Part shown: positions 1 through 9,600 of the stretch, piece after piece
How positions within the stretch are numbered: the first letter of the stretch is position 1
How the letters are laid out: the number at the start of each line of letters is the position of its first letter
Source: Candidatus Omnitrophota bacterium
Lineage (GTDB): Bacteria; Omnitrophota; Gorgyraeia; 2-01-FULL-45-10
DNA length: 64,000 bases
Assembly: GCA_026387175.1 (NCBI GenBank)
Contig: JAPLME010000008.1
Location: 13,091-77,090, forward strand
Direction: 5' to 3'
Program-made: the position numbers and the translations under genes
Notes under the pieces: generated by a model
Database searches by the model: none
Seen by the model: the letters and a program-made list of their open reading frames with translations, nothing else
What the model was told of the DNA's origin: nothing

Positions 1-635
1 AAGATTATGATGAAGCCATTAAGCGGATCAGTGTCCGGTATCTTGGAATGCCTACGGGTTCTATGCTCATATCCTGGATGAAGAGCTATGTCGGCGAAAA
101 AGGCAAAACGATAGACAATGGCGCCTCTGCCATATTAAAAGAACTCGAGGGTAATGATCTGTCTTATCTTTCGCAGGAACTGGACAAATTAGTTACATTT
201 ATAGGCTCGAGGAAAGAGATAAGCTCGGATGACGTGGAAGAGCTTGTCGGCAAAAGCCTGGTCATCTCCGCATTCGACATAACCGATGCGATAGGCCGAA
301 GGAATATAACCGATGCCATAAAGATAAGTTCGAATTTGACCTCTAACGGCAAGAAAGAATATGAGATAATAGGTATCCTCTCCTGGCACCTTAAGAGGAT
401 GTTAAAAGCCAAGACCTTAAAAGAAAGGGGCGAAAATGACTATACTATTGCCTCTATTTTAAGGATCGGCCGGAGATTTCAGGATGAGTTTTTCAGGCAG
501 CTTGCCGGATTTAATATGGGAAAGATAAGATCGAATATAGAGCTTCTGCTGCGGGCAGATCTGGATATAAAAAGATCCAAATTTAGCCCCGGAACGGTCC
601 TGGAACTCGCTCTTATAAGGTTATGCCTTCTTTAG
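1..635 (+). CDS. holA: DNA polymerase III delta subunit, 5' truncated by window edge
   Basis: Frame open from the window start. QELDKL..F, AFDITDAI and LLRADLDIK..LELALIRL are typical of the HolA C-terminal half. Convergent with rpsT, a common arrangement. Confidence 0.9.
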   Translation, partial: DYDEAIKRISVRYLGMPTGSMLISWMKSYVGEKGKTIDNGASAILKELEGNDLSYLSQELDKLVTFIGSRKEISSDDVEELVGKSLVISAFDITDAIGRRNITDAIKISSNLTSNGKKEYEIIGILSWHLKRMLKAKTLKERGENDYTIASILRIGRRFQDEFFRQLAGFNMGKIRSNIELLLRADLDIKRSKFSPGTVLELALIRLCLL

Positions 636-890
636 AGATGAGAATTTCTTCATAAGGCGGGTTATCTTTCTGGATGCGGTATTACTCTTTAAAACCCCTT
701 TTGACGCGGCCTTATCTATTTTAGAAACAACCGTATTAAGCGCTTTTTTGGCTTCATCCGGTTTTTTGTCTGCTACGAGCTTTTCGAAGCCCTTGACAAG
801 GGTCCTTATTTCGGTCTTTGTGGATATGTTCTTGAAATGCCTGAGTTTGGCTTTCCTGAGCTCTTTATACGCGGTTCTTTCGATTGGCAC
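621..890 (-). CDS. rpsT: 30S ribosomal protein S20
   Basis: GTG start at 890 gives (M)PIERTAYKELRKAK..N...KT; IDKAASKGVLKSNTASRKITRL is the S20 signature. Confidence 0.95.
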   Translation of the reverse strand: MPIERTAYKELRKAKLRHFKNISTKTEIRTLVKGFEKLVADKKPDEAKKALNTVVSKIDKAASKGVLKSNTASRKITRLMKKFSSLKKA

Positions 891-943
891 TTTTCGACTC
901 CTTAGATTTGAAATATCTTTTATCAACTGAATTAAATCGTGTA

Positions 944-972
944 ATTATAACATTTAGGGTATTTGAGGTCAA
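944..972 (-). promoter_or_regulatory. sigma70-type promoter for rpsT
   Basis: Minus strand TTGACC-N17-TATAAT with extended TG. Confidence 0.7.
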
Positions 973-979
973 CCTTTTT

Positions 980-2518
980 ATGAGTAATAAAAGTATGATG
1001 CGTTCGACAGGCGTTATCGGCTTCGCGACGGCCCTGAGCAGGGTGTTGGGCTTTATAAGGGACATTGTATTCGCGAATTTTTTCGGCACGAGCATGATCG
1101 CCCAGGCTTTTGTAGTAGCGTTCAGGATCCCGAATACGCTTAGAGACCTTGTCGGCGAAGGGGCGATGAATTCGGCCATAGTGCCCGTCCTTTCCGAGTA
1201 TAAGGCCCTGGGAGATGAAAAAGAGTTCGTTCGCGCATCGAGGGTCCTATTCAATATATCGCTGGCAACCCTTTCGGTATTGACCGTTCTGGGTATAATA
1301 TTCTCACCTGTTATTGTCCGGGTCATGGCGCCCGGTTTTATGGCCGATCCCGAGAAATTTCAGATGACGGTCATGTTAAACCGCATGATGTTCCCGTATC
1401 TTATTGTAATAGGGCTCACAGCGTACTCGATGGGAATATTGAATTCGCTTAAGCATTTTGCCGCGCCGGCATTCGGGCCGTGCCTGATGAACCTGTTACT
1501 GATCGTCTCGACAGTATGGCTATATCCGAGGATAGGCGTGATGGGCCTTGCCATAGGAGTGCTGGCCGGGGGAGCTGTTCAACTGGCATTGAATATGCCG
1601 TTCATGTATGGACACGGGATCAGCATAAGGTTAAAAGACGGGTTCAGGCATCCGGCCGTGAAGAGGATAGGGAAATTGCTGATGCCCCGCGCGCTCGGTT
1701 CCGCCGTATATCAGATAAATATATTCGTCGATACGATACTTGCTTCTCTCTCTTCAGTGGTCGGAGCAGGCGGTGTCGCGGCATTATATTACGCGAACAG
1801 GCTCATACAATTTCCGCTGGCCATATTCGGGCTTGCGCTTGCTCAAGCCGCGCTTCCTAAGATGAGCAGGGAATTCGCTTCGAACGATATAGAGCAGATG
1901 AAGGGGACTCTTTCGTTTTCTCTTCGGACAGTTTTCTTAATAATGACGCCCGCGAGTTTTGCTCTGGCCGTGCTTGGGCTGCCCATAATAAGGATACTAT
2001 TTCAGAGGGGCGCGTTTACGGCCTATTCCACCTCCATAACCGAAAGCGCCCTCTTCTTTTACTCATTCGGATTATTATCATACGGCGGCATAAAGTTATT
2101 GGTTACTGCTTTCTATTCGATGCATGATACCAGAACCCCTGTAAAAACCGCCTTTGCGGCCGTGCTTATAAATATAACCTTTAGTCTGATATTGATGTGG
2201 CCCATGAAGCTGGGAGGATTAGCGCTAGCCACGAGCATAAGCGCAAGCTTCAACTTCATAACGCTCTACATTTTACTCAGGAATAAACTGGGTGACTTCG
2301 GTACTAAAGCCATAATCGATTCGTTCTTAAGAGTATTGGCCGCCAGCCTTGTTATGACGGCGGTCTTAAAAGCATTATCGATAATGCTGGCGCATTTAGG
2401 CCCTGTTGGTCTTTGTGTCACGATAGCGTCTGGTATGATCTCATTTCTCGCGGTCGGGTATATTATCGGCGTGAAAGAGATAAGAGGTTTTTCTACATGG
2501 ATATCAGAGAGAAGGTAA
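980..2518 (+). CDS. murJ: Lipid II flippase MurJ (MviN)
   Basis: SRVLGFIRD, AFRIPNTLRDLVGEGA and YYANRLIQFPL motifs; many TM helices; likely start ATG 980. Confidence 0.95.
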   Translation: MSNKSMMRSTGVIGFATALSRVLGFIRDIVFANFFGTSMIAQAFVVAFRIPNTLRDLVGEGAMNSAIVPVLSEYKALGDEKEFVRASRVLFNISLATLSVLTVLGIIFSPVIVRVMAPGFMADPEKFQMTVMLNRMMFPYLIVIGLTAYSMGILNSLKHFAAPAFGPCLMNLLLIVSTVWLYPRIGVMGLAIGVLAGGAVQLALNMPFMYGHGISIRLKDGFRHPAVKRIGKLLMPRALGSAVYQINIFVDTILASLSSVVGAGGVAALYYANRLIQFPLAIFGLALAQAALPKMSREFASNDIEQMKGTLSFSLRTVFLIMTPASFALAVLGLPIIRILFQRGAFTAYSTSITESALFFYSFGLLSYGGIKLLVTAFYSMHDTRTPVKTAFAAVLINITFSLILMWPMKLGGLALATSISASFNFITLYILLRNKLGDFGTKAIIDSFLRVLAASLVMTAVLKALSIMLAHLGPVGLCVTIASGMISFLAVGYIIGVKEIRGFSTWISERR

Positions 2519-3753
2519 GGGGGCTCCCCGTATCGCCGGGAGTATATATAATGAAGGACTCGTCCGGCAGTGTCCTTTATGTGGGGAAAGCGATAAATTT
2601 AAGGAAGAGAGCCTCTAGCTATTTTTATCCGCATCGTGCGCTTGCCGAAAGGACCAGGGTTATGGCCGGCAAGGTGGCGGATATAGCGTATATCGGAACA
2701 TCGACGGAGGCAGAGGCGCTCATATATGAAAATAGCCTTATCAAACAGCTTGCGCCTAAGTACAACGTCGCGCTGAAAGATGATAAGAGCTACCCGAGGC
2801 TGAAACTTACCATGAACGAAGAATTTCCCCGTTTATTAATTACGCGCAAGAAGGCCGATGACGAAGCGCTCTATTACGGCCCTTATACAAGCGCGAAGCT
2901 TCTTAGGGAAGCGCTCGTAATGCTTCGCAGGATGTTTCCGCTCCGTACATGTGTCAGGATGCCCAAGAGTGTCTGTCTGAATTATCATATTAAGCAGTGT
3001 CCGGGCCCGTGCGCGAAGAAAGTGGACTGGAAGAGTTACATGGATACGGTTGCGGAACTTAAGTTATTCCTTGAAGGAGACAGGTCAGCCCTTATAAAAC
3101 ATCTGGCTGGGAAGATGATGGAGGCCTCAAAAAGAGAGGACTATGAAGAGGCGGGCCGGTTAAAAGCCAGGATAGAGGCCCTGAGCTCGATCAAAGAGAA
3201 AGCGATAAGCTATCTGCCTCGCGAGGAGGTTGAAGAGCTAAGGGACATGCTCGGCATAAAGGGATCGATCGAGATCATAGAGGCATTTGACGTGTCGAAT
3301 ATAATGGGTGAGGCCGCTGTAGGGTCTATGGTCTATTTTTATAAAGGCAGGCCCAGGAAGAGCGAGTATAGAAGGTTCAAGATAAAAAATGTGACGGGAG
3401 TGGATGATTATTCGATGATGCGCGAGATCGTAAGGCGGCGCTACTCTCGGTTGCTTAATGAAAACAAGAGATTGCCCGATCTTATCCTGATAGACGGCGG
3501 CAAGGGCCACCTGGCTGCTGCGTCAGTAGAATTGACGAGGTTGGGGCTCTCGGATATACCGATAATCGGTCTGGCGAAAGAATTTGAGCATATATATTCG
3601 AAAGAGAGGCCCGACCCGATAATACTGCCGAGAGATTCCAAGGCGCTGCACCTATTGGAGCGCATACGCAATGAGGCCCATCGCTTTGCTATCACATACC
3701 ATAAGCATGTTCGCTCACGGAAGATATTACCGGGATTTAGGAGGCATAGATGA
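2497..3753 (+). CDS. uvrC: Excinuclease ABC subunit C, compact form without C-terminal HhH
   Basis: GIY-YIG (PGVYIMKD..LYVGKAINL), Cys cluster, UVR motif, RNase H-like domain (EAFDVSN, DDY, LIDGGKGH, RNEAHRFA). Start ATG 2497. Confidence 0.92.
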   Translation: MDIREKVRGLPVSPGVYIMKDSSGSVLYVGKAINLRKRASSYFYPHRALAERTRVMAGKVADIAYIGTSTEAEALIYENSLIKQLAPKYNVALKDDKSYPRLKLTMNEEFPRLLITRKKADDEALYYGPYTSAKLLREALVMLRRMFPLRTCVRMPKSVCLNYHIKQCPGPCAKKVDWKSYMDTVAELKLFLEGDRSALIKHLAGKMMEASKREDYEEAGRLKARIEALSSIKEKAISYLPREEVEELRDMLGIKGSIEIIEAFDVSNIMGEAAVGSMVYFYKGRPRKSEYRRFKIKNVTGVDDYSMMREIVRRRYSRLLNENKRLPDLILIDGGKGHLAAASVELTRLGLSDIPIIGLAKEFEHIYSKERPDPIILPRDSKALHLLERIRNEAHRFAITYHKHVRSRKILPGFRRHR

Positions 3754-4028
3754 TAAGCGATTTTGAACGCAAAGTGTACAGAGCGACCCTTGATATTCCA
3801 AAAGGCGAAACCCGTTCGTATAAATGGATTGCCGCACGAATAGGAAAACCCCGCTCGTCAAGGGCGGTTGGTAACGCCCTCAATAAGAATCCGTATTCTG
3901 GAATCGTGCCGTGCCATAGGGTGGTGAGGTCGGACCATTCCATAGGCGGGTTCGCTAAAGGCCCTGCTCTGAAGCGTAAGATGCTGGAGCGTGAAGGCGT
4001 TGACTTGAGCCTGTTTAAGCTGTTATAA
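3750..4028 (+). CDS. ogt: Methylated-DNA-protein-cysteine methyltransferase (Ogt/MGMT, C-terminal domain only)
   Basis: IPKGETRSY, RAVGNALNKNP and active-site PCHRV; ATGA overlap with uvrC. Confidence 0.88.
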   Translation: MISDFERKVYRATLDIPKGETRSYKWIAARIGKPRSSRAVGNALNKNPYSGIVPCHRVVRSDHSIGGFAKGPALKRKMLEREGVDLSLFKLL

Positions 4029-4029
4029 T
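4000..4029 (+). promoter_or_regulatory. sigma70-type promoter upstream of prfB, inside the ogt 3' end
   Basis: TTGACT (4000-4005)-N18-TATAAT (4024-4029) with extended TG. Confidence 0.55.
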
Positions 4030-4054
4030 CATCGAAAAGGAGATTTGCGCCCAA

Positions 4055-5150
4055 ATGATAGAAGAGTTGAAAGAAGCCATCAAGACGATCGAAGAGAAGC
4101 TGAATAACCTAAGAGGTTATCTTTGACGTCGACCTTAAAGATAAGAGGATAAAAGAGCTCGAGGCCGAGATATCCGGCTCCGATTTTTGGAATGATGAGG
4201 CGCATGCCAAAGAAGTTATTAAGAATTTAAAGGACTTCAAATCTACAGCCGATCCCTTCCTTAAGATAGCAAATGAATTCAAAGACATAAAGGAGATCGT
4301 AAGCATCGCCGGGCCGGACGACCAGGAGTCTTTAAAACATTTCAGGGACGAGTTGACGAAGCTCTCCGGGAAGCTCGACCGCCTTGAGTTTAACAGCTGG
4401 CTTTCTGAGGATGCGGACAGAAATAATGCCATACTCAGCATAAATGCCGGAGCCGGCGGAACGGAATCCTGCGATTGGGCAGAGATGCTCCTCAGGATGT
4501 ATTATAAATGGGCTGAAGGAAAGGGTTACACGATAGATACGATAGATCAGATGCAGGGCGAAGAGGCGGGGATAAAGAGCGTAACCGTTATGATAAAAGG
4601 GGATTATGCTTTCGGCCTTTTGAAGTCGGAATCAGGTGTCCACCGCCTTGTCAGGATATCGCCGTTCGATTCGAACAAACGGCGGCATACCTCGTTCGCA
4701 TCGGTCGACGTAATTCCGGAGATATCGGACGATATCCAGATAGATATAAAAGAGCCGGATCTTAAAATAGACACATACAGGGCCGGCGGCAAGGGCGGAC
4801 AGCATGTAAACAAAACAGACTCTGCGGTCCGTATCACGCACATACCCAGCGGTATCGTTGTCCAATGCCAGAATGAAAGATCGCAGTTTAAAAATAAGCA
4901 GGTCTCCATGAAGATACTGAAGGCGAAATTATACGAAAGGGAGAGGCAGAAGAAAGTGAAGAAGATCGAGAGCGCCTACGAGGCAAAGAAGGAGATAGCG
5001 TGGGGAAGCCAGATACGGTCTTATGTGCTGCATCCTTATTCGATGGTTAAGGACCATAGGACGGATTGCGAGACGGGTAACGCGCAGGCCGTCTTGGACG
5101 GGAAGATAGATAATTTCATAGAAGCATACCTTAAGATGACGAAAAATTAG
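4055..5150 (+). CDS. prfB: Peptide chain release factor 2, programmed +1 frameshift
   Basis: ATG 4055 after AAAAGGAG. The frame ends at AGAGGT-TAT-CTT-TGA-C (CTT 4121-4123, TGA 4124-4126); the +1 frame continues into the ORF with SPF and GGQ motifs. Confidence 0.96.
4112..4127 (+). promoter_or_regulatory. RF2 autoregulatory frameshift site
   Basis: Internal SD-like AGAGGT, 3 nt spacer, then CTTTGAC. Confidence 0.93.
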
Positions 5151-5158
5151 AGGCGAAA

Positions 5159-7909
5159 ATGGTAAATTTTATATTGAAGAAGATAATCGGCACACAGAAC
5201 GAGAGAGCGCTGAAGGACGTCAGGCCGGTCGTCGAACAGATAAACTCGCTGGAGAGCGCGGTCTCGGGATTATCCGATACTGATCTCCGCAATAAGACGG
5301 CCGAGTTTAAGATAAAGATAGCGGAGAAGTATAAAGACTTGAGAGAAGAGCTCGAGGAGATTGACGCCGCTTACAAGGCGGCGACATCACCGGGTGAGAA
5401 GGAGAAATTCAGGCGTAAGTACAGAGATGTTAAGAATGGCATATTCGAAGAGGTGCTACCCGAGGCCTTTGCGGTCGTGCGCGAGGCATCTAAAAGGACC
5501 GTCAAGATGCGCCATTTTGATGTGCAGCTGATGGGAGGCTTGGTCCTGCATCGGGGGAAGATTGCCGAAATGGCCACAGGAGAGGGAAAGACGCTTGTCG
5601 CGACGCTGCCTGTCTATCTGAACGCGCTTACGGGCGAAGGAGTGCATGTAGTCACGGTGAATGATTATCTGGCCAAGAGAGACCGTAACTGGATGGGGCC
5701 GATTTATGAATTTCTGGGCTTGAGCGTAGGGACCATACAGCATGATATGGACCAGCGTTCAAGAAAAGAGGCCTATGCCTGCGATGTGACATATGGAACG
5801 AACAACGAGTTCGGTTTCGATTATCTCAGGGATAATATGGTCATACATAAAGACGACATGGTTCAGCGCCCTTTAAATTACGCGATAGTGGACGAGGTTG
5901 ATTCTATACTCATAGATGAATCAAGGACTCCGCTCATCATATCGGGGCCGGCCGAAGAATCCACCGATAAGTATTATATAATCAACAAGATAGTGCCGAA
6001 ATTGAAAGGCAAGACGATAACCGACAAGGAAGAGATCGAGGCAAAACATAAAGGGCTCGATATAGAGAAGGGCATAGATTATGTGGTGAACGAAAAGAAC
6101 CATACGGTCAACCTTACCGAAGAGGGAGTGGTCCGCTGCCAGGATCTGATCGGCGTCAAGAACCTATATGAGGATATCCAGTCCGAGTGGGAACACCACA
6201 TAAGGCAGGCCATAAGGGCGCATGCGCTTTATGAGAAAGACGTCGATTATGTCGTGAAAGACGGCGAAGTTATGATCGTCGACGAGTTTACCGGGCGCCT
6301 TATGCCGGGGAGGAGATGGTCCGACGGCCTGCATCAGGCTGTTGAGGCTAAGGAGAACGTGAAGATAGAGAGGGAGAACCAGACCCTCGCCACGATAACA
6401 TTTCAAAATTATTTCAGGATGTACAAGAAGCTTGCCGGTATGACCGGTACTGCGGAGACCGAGGCCGTCGAGTTCGGAAGGATATACGGCCTTGACGTAG
6501 TGGTGATGCCGACCAACAGGCCGATGAAAAGGGCCAATCATCCCGATGTCATATATAAAACGGAGCGGGAGAAATTTAACGCGGTTTGCAATGAGATAGC
6601 CCAGCTTCATCAGGCCGGAAGGCCGGTCCTGGTCGGAACCATTTCGATCGAGAAGTCGGAGCACTTGAGCGGCTTGTTGAAGCGGATGAGCGTGCCGCAC
6701 CATGTGCTGAACGCGAAGTACCATGAGATGGAAGCCGAGATAATCGCGAAGGCCGGACAGAAATACAGCGTAACGATCGCGACCAACATGGCGGGCCGCG
6801 GCACGGATATTGTGCTGGGCGAATCGGTCGCGAACCTCGGCGGCCTTCATGTGCTCGGCACGGAACGGCACGAGGCTCGGCGCATCGATAATCAGCTGCG
6901 CGGCCGATCAGGCAGACAGGGCGATCCGGGCTCGAGCCGGTTCTACCTCTCATTGGAAGATGATCTTATGAGGATATTCGGCTCGGACAAGATAAAGGCG
7001 GTCATGGAGAGGATGGGGATGGAAGAGGGACAGGATATCCAGCATCCTTTCATAACGAAGGCCATTGAGACCGCCCAGAAGCGGGTCGAATCGCATAACT
7101 TTGAAATACGAAAACATCTTCTCGAATACGATAATGTGATGAATAAGCAGAGAGAGGTAATTTACGATGAGCGCCGCAAGGTGCTTTTCGGCGATGACCT
7201 TAAAGAATATATATACGAGATAATGGAAGAGGTCCTGGATGGCGCGCTCGAGACATATGTAAATGAGAAGATGAGCGCCGATAACTGGGATTTTGAGGGA
7301 TTTAGGCAATATCTGGATTCAAGATTCGCGCTTAAGACAGGAGGCCTGAATCTCGAAGAGATGAGAGTCCCGGAGATACGGGATGTTTTGCTGGAAAAGT
7401 TAAGAGCCTCTTACGAAGAGAAGGAGAAGGAGCTCGGTCCGGAGATGGCCAGATACCTCGAAAGGATGATATTGCTTCAAGTGGTCGATACGAGATGGAA
7501 GGACCATCTCTACGCCATGGATGCTTTGAGGGAAGGTATAGGCTTAAGGGCTTACGGCCAGCGAGATCCTTTGATAGAGTATCAGCATGAAGGCTACAAT
7601 ATGTTCATGGACATGATAAATCGTATTAAGGAAGAGGTGGTCGAATATCTTTTCAAAGTAAAAGCCGTAAAGGAAACAAAGAAGGAGTCTTCGGTGTTTG
7701 ACTTCTCGAAACAGCAGCTTATGCATGAAGAGAAGACTCAGTTCGCTGATTCACTGGCACAAGCTGATCCCGAAGCCGCCGCGAACTATTCAGGGCAGTT
7801 GCCGGAACAACACACCGTCCCTTTCAAGAGAGAAGAGCCTAAGGTCGGCAGAAACGATCCGTGCCCGTGCGGGAGCGGAAAGAAATACAAAAAATGCTGC
7901 GGAAGATAG
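5159..7909 (+). CDS. secA: Preprotein translocase ATPase SecA
   Basis: [31 protein letters not shown] and C-terminal SEC-C motif [13 protein letters not shown]. Confidence 0.98.
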   Translation: MVNFILKKIIGTQNERALKDVRPVVEQINSLESAVSGLSDTDLRNKTAEFKIKIAEKYKDLREELEEIDAAYKAATSPGEKEKFRRKYRDVKNGIFEEVLPEAFAVVREASKRTVKMRHFDVQLMGGLVLHRGKIAEMATGEGKTLVATLPVYLNALTGEGVHVVTVNDYLAKRDRNWMGPIYEFLGLSVGTIQHDMDQRSRKEAYACDVTYGTNNEFGFDYLRDNMVIHKDDMVQRPLNYAIVDEVDSILIDESRTPLIISGPAEESTDKYYIINKIVPKLKGKTITDKEEIEAKHKGLDIEKGIDYVVNEKNHTVNLTEEGVVRCQDLIGVKNLYEDIQSEWEHHIRQAIRAHALYEKDVDYVVKDGEVMIVDEFTGRLMPGRRWSDGLHQAVEAKENVKIERENQTLATITFQNYFRMYKKLAGMTGTAETEAVEFGRIYGLDVVVMPTNRPMKRANHPDVIYKTEREKFNAVCNEIAQLHQAGRPVLVGTISIEKSEHLSGLLKRMSVPHHVLNAKYHEMEAEIIAKAGQKYSVTIATNMAGRGTDIVLGESVANLGGLHVLGTERHEARRIDNQLRGRSGRQGDPGSSRFYLSLEDDLMRIFGSDKIKAVMERMGMEEGQDIQHPFITKAIETAQKRVESHNFEIRKHLLEYDNVMNKQREVIYDERRKVLFGDDLKEYIYEIMEEVLDGALETYVNEKMSADNWDFEGFRQYLDSRFALKTGGLNLEEMRVPEIRDVLLEKLRASYEEKEKELGPEMARYLERMILLQVVDTRWKDHLYAMDALREGIGLRAYGQRDPLIEYQHEGYNMFMDMINRIKEEVVEYLFKVKAVKETKKESSVFDFSKQQLMHEEKTQFADSLAQADPEAAANYSGQLPEQHTVPFKREEPKVGRNDPCPCGSGKKYKKCCGR

Positions 7910-7911
7910 GA

Positions 7912-9447
7912 ATGCGGATATTTCTTGCCACACTCTCTTCGACCCTGCTTATAATATCATTCCCTGATTACAATTTATGGTTATTTGCCTGGGCGGCCCT
8001 TGTGCCGCTATTCTTCGCTGTCGAAGGGCAAAAGCCGTTAAGGGCATTCGCGGCGGCCTATTTTACCGGGGTGTTGTTTTTCTTCGGGACCGTATATTGG
8101 CTGATACATGTAACTCTCCCCGGGATGGTAGCGGCCATTTTATACCTGGCTGTCTACTTTGGCATATTCGGGCTTATTATTTCGCCGGCCGTTTCCTGTC
8201 CATCGCACCTATCGTTATTTGTGATCCCTTCTGTATGGACGGCGCTTGAATATTTCAGATCGCATGTCTTTAGCGGCTTCGGATGGAATCTTCTGGCCCA
8301 CTCTCAAAGTCACAATCTTCCGATGATACAGATAGCGGATACCGTGGGCAGTTACGGCGTAAGCTTTCTTATAGTCCTGGTTAACACCGCCATATTCTTC
8401 ACTATTAAAGACATGCGGAAGAGGAAGTACTCGACGCTTTATCCAGTTATTGCCCTTGCATTCGTATTTCTTGCCGCCGGATACGGTGTATTGAGGTTAA
8501 ATAATATCTTTACGGGCCAGCGGCTTAAGGTCGCCGTGGTGCAGGGTAACATAGCTCAGGATGAAAAATGGGATTCCGCGTTCCGGCAGTCGATAATAGA
8601 TAAGTACGAGGCGCTGACCGCGGCCGCGGCAAAAAATTCTCCCGATCTTATCGTATGGCCCGAGTCATCGGTTCCTGGTTTTCTTGAGACAGAAGAAGAC
8701 CTGTTTCAGCGGGTTACGGGAGCGGCAAGAAGTGCACATGCCGCCCTGCTGGTCGGAGAGCCAAGACAGGGATCCGGCGGCGAAGATGTCTATTACAACA
8801 GCGCCACGCTATTCGATAAAGACGGAAAGTTGTTGGACAGTTATGATAAGATCCATCTCGTTCCTTTTGGTGAGTTCATTCCGGCTAAGAATATATTTTC
8901 ATTTGTAGAAAAATTCACAAAGGCGACCATAGGGGATTTCTCGCCCGGCAAAGAATATACGGTCTTTAAATTTATCGTGCAGCGGAACCTGAAGACCGAC
9001 GATTATAATTGGAAGCTCGTAAAGAAGGTGAAGTTCGCCGCCCTGATATGTTTTGAGGATATATTTCCTGAGATTTCCAGACAGTTTGTGAAGAACGGCG
9101 CCAACTTTCTTGTAAATATCACCAATGACGCCTGGTTCGGGAATTCGTGCGCGCCGAATCAGCACGTTCAAAGTTCCGTATTCAGGGCCGTGGAGAACAG
9201 GGTCAACGTTGTAAGGGCCGCCAACACTGGAGTCTCCTGCTTCATAGACCAGAAGGGCAGGATCACCGGCTCGGTGAGTTCTGAAGGCAAGAGTACATTT
9301 GTCGATGGCTTTAAAGTTGATGATATTGTCCTCACTAATACAAGGACGTTTTATACGATTTACGGTGACCTATTTGCATATCTATGTATATTGGTTGCTG
9401 CTCTGTATCTATTTTCCCTCGCTGTGCCTCAAATCAAAAAACTGTAA
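7912..9447 (+). CDS. lnt: Apolipoprotein N-acyltransferase
   Basis: N-terminal TM region; nitrilase triad motifs WPES, KIHLVPFGE, ICFED; TNDAWF, RAANTGVS. Start ATG 7912. Confidence 0.95.
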   Translation: MRIFLATLSSTLLIISFPDYNLWLFAWAALVPLFFAVEGQKPLRAFAAAYFTGVLFFFGTVYWLIHVTLPGMVAAILYLAVYFGIFGLIISPAVSCPSHLSLFVIPSVWTALEYFRSHVFSGFGWNLLAHSQSHNLPMIQIADTVGSYGVSFLIVLVNTAIFFTIKDMRKRKYSTLYPVIALAFVFLAAGYGVLRLNNIFTGQRLKVAVVQGNIAQDEKWDSAFRQSIIDKYEALTAAAAKNSPDLIVWPESSVPGFLETEEDLFQRVTGAARSAHAALLVGEPRQGSGGEDVYYNSATLFDKDGKLLDSYDKIHLVPFGEFIPAKNIFSFVEKFTKATIGDFSPGKEYTVFKFIVQRNLKTDDYNWKLVKKVKFAALICFEDIFPEISRQFVKNGANFLVNITNDAWFGNSCAPNQHVQSSVFRAVENRVNVVRAANTGVSCFIDQKGRITGSVSSEGKSTFVDGFKVDDIVLTNTRTFYTIYGDLFAYLCILVAALYLFSLAVPQIKKL

Positions 9448-9472
9448 CGGCCCAGCCACCAGAATTACCCCC

Positions 9473-9525
9473 GTCGTTATTGCGATCCCGCCCGCAGTTT
9501 TCCTATAGGCGGGAGAAGCAATCTC
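9473..9525. repeat. REP-like palindromic element after lnt
   Basis: ATTGC-GA-TCCCGCC...GGCGGGA-GAA-GCAAT interrupted inverted repeat ending in GAAGCAATCTC. Confidence 0.65.
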
Positions 9526-9529
9526 AACA

Positions 9530-9590
9530 ATGTTAGGCAGAAAAAAGATAGCTATCTTTCTATTAATTTAACATAAATATATGATATAAT
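9530..9590 (+). promoter_or_regulatory. Promoter/operator of giant gene 1, shared with giant gene 2
   Basis: Perfect palindrome AAAGATAGCTATCTTT (9544-9559), then TTAATT-N16-TATAAT with extended TG; aligns with 44548-44609. Confidence 0.75.
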
Positions 9591-9600
9591 CTCTCTACAT

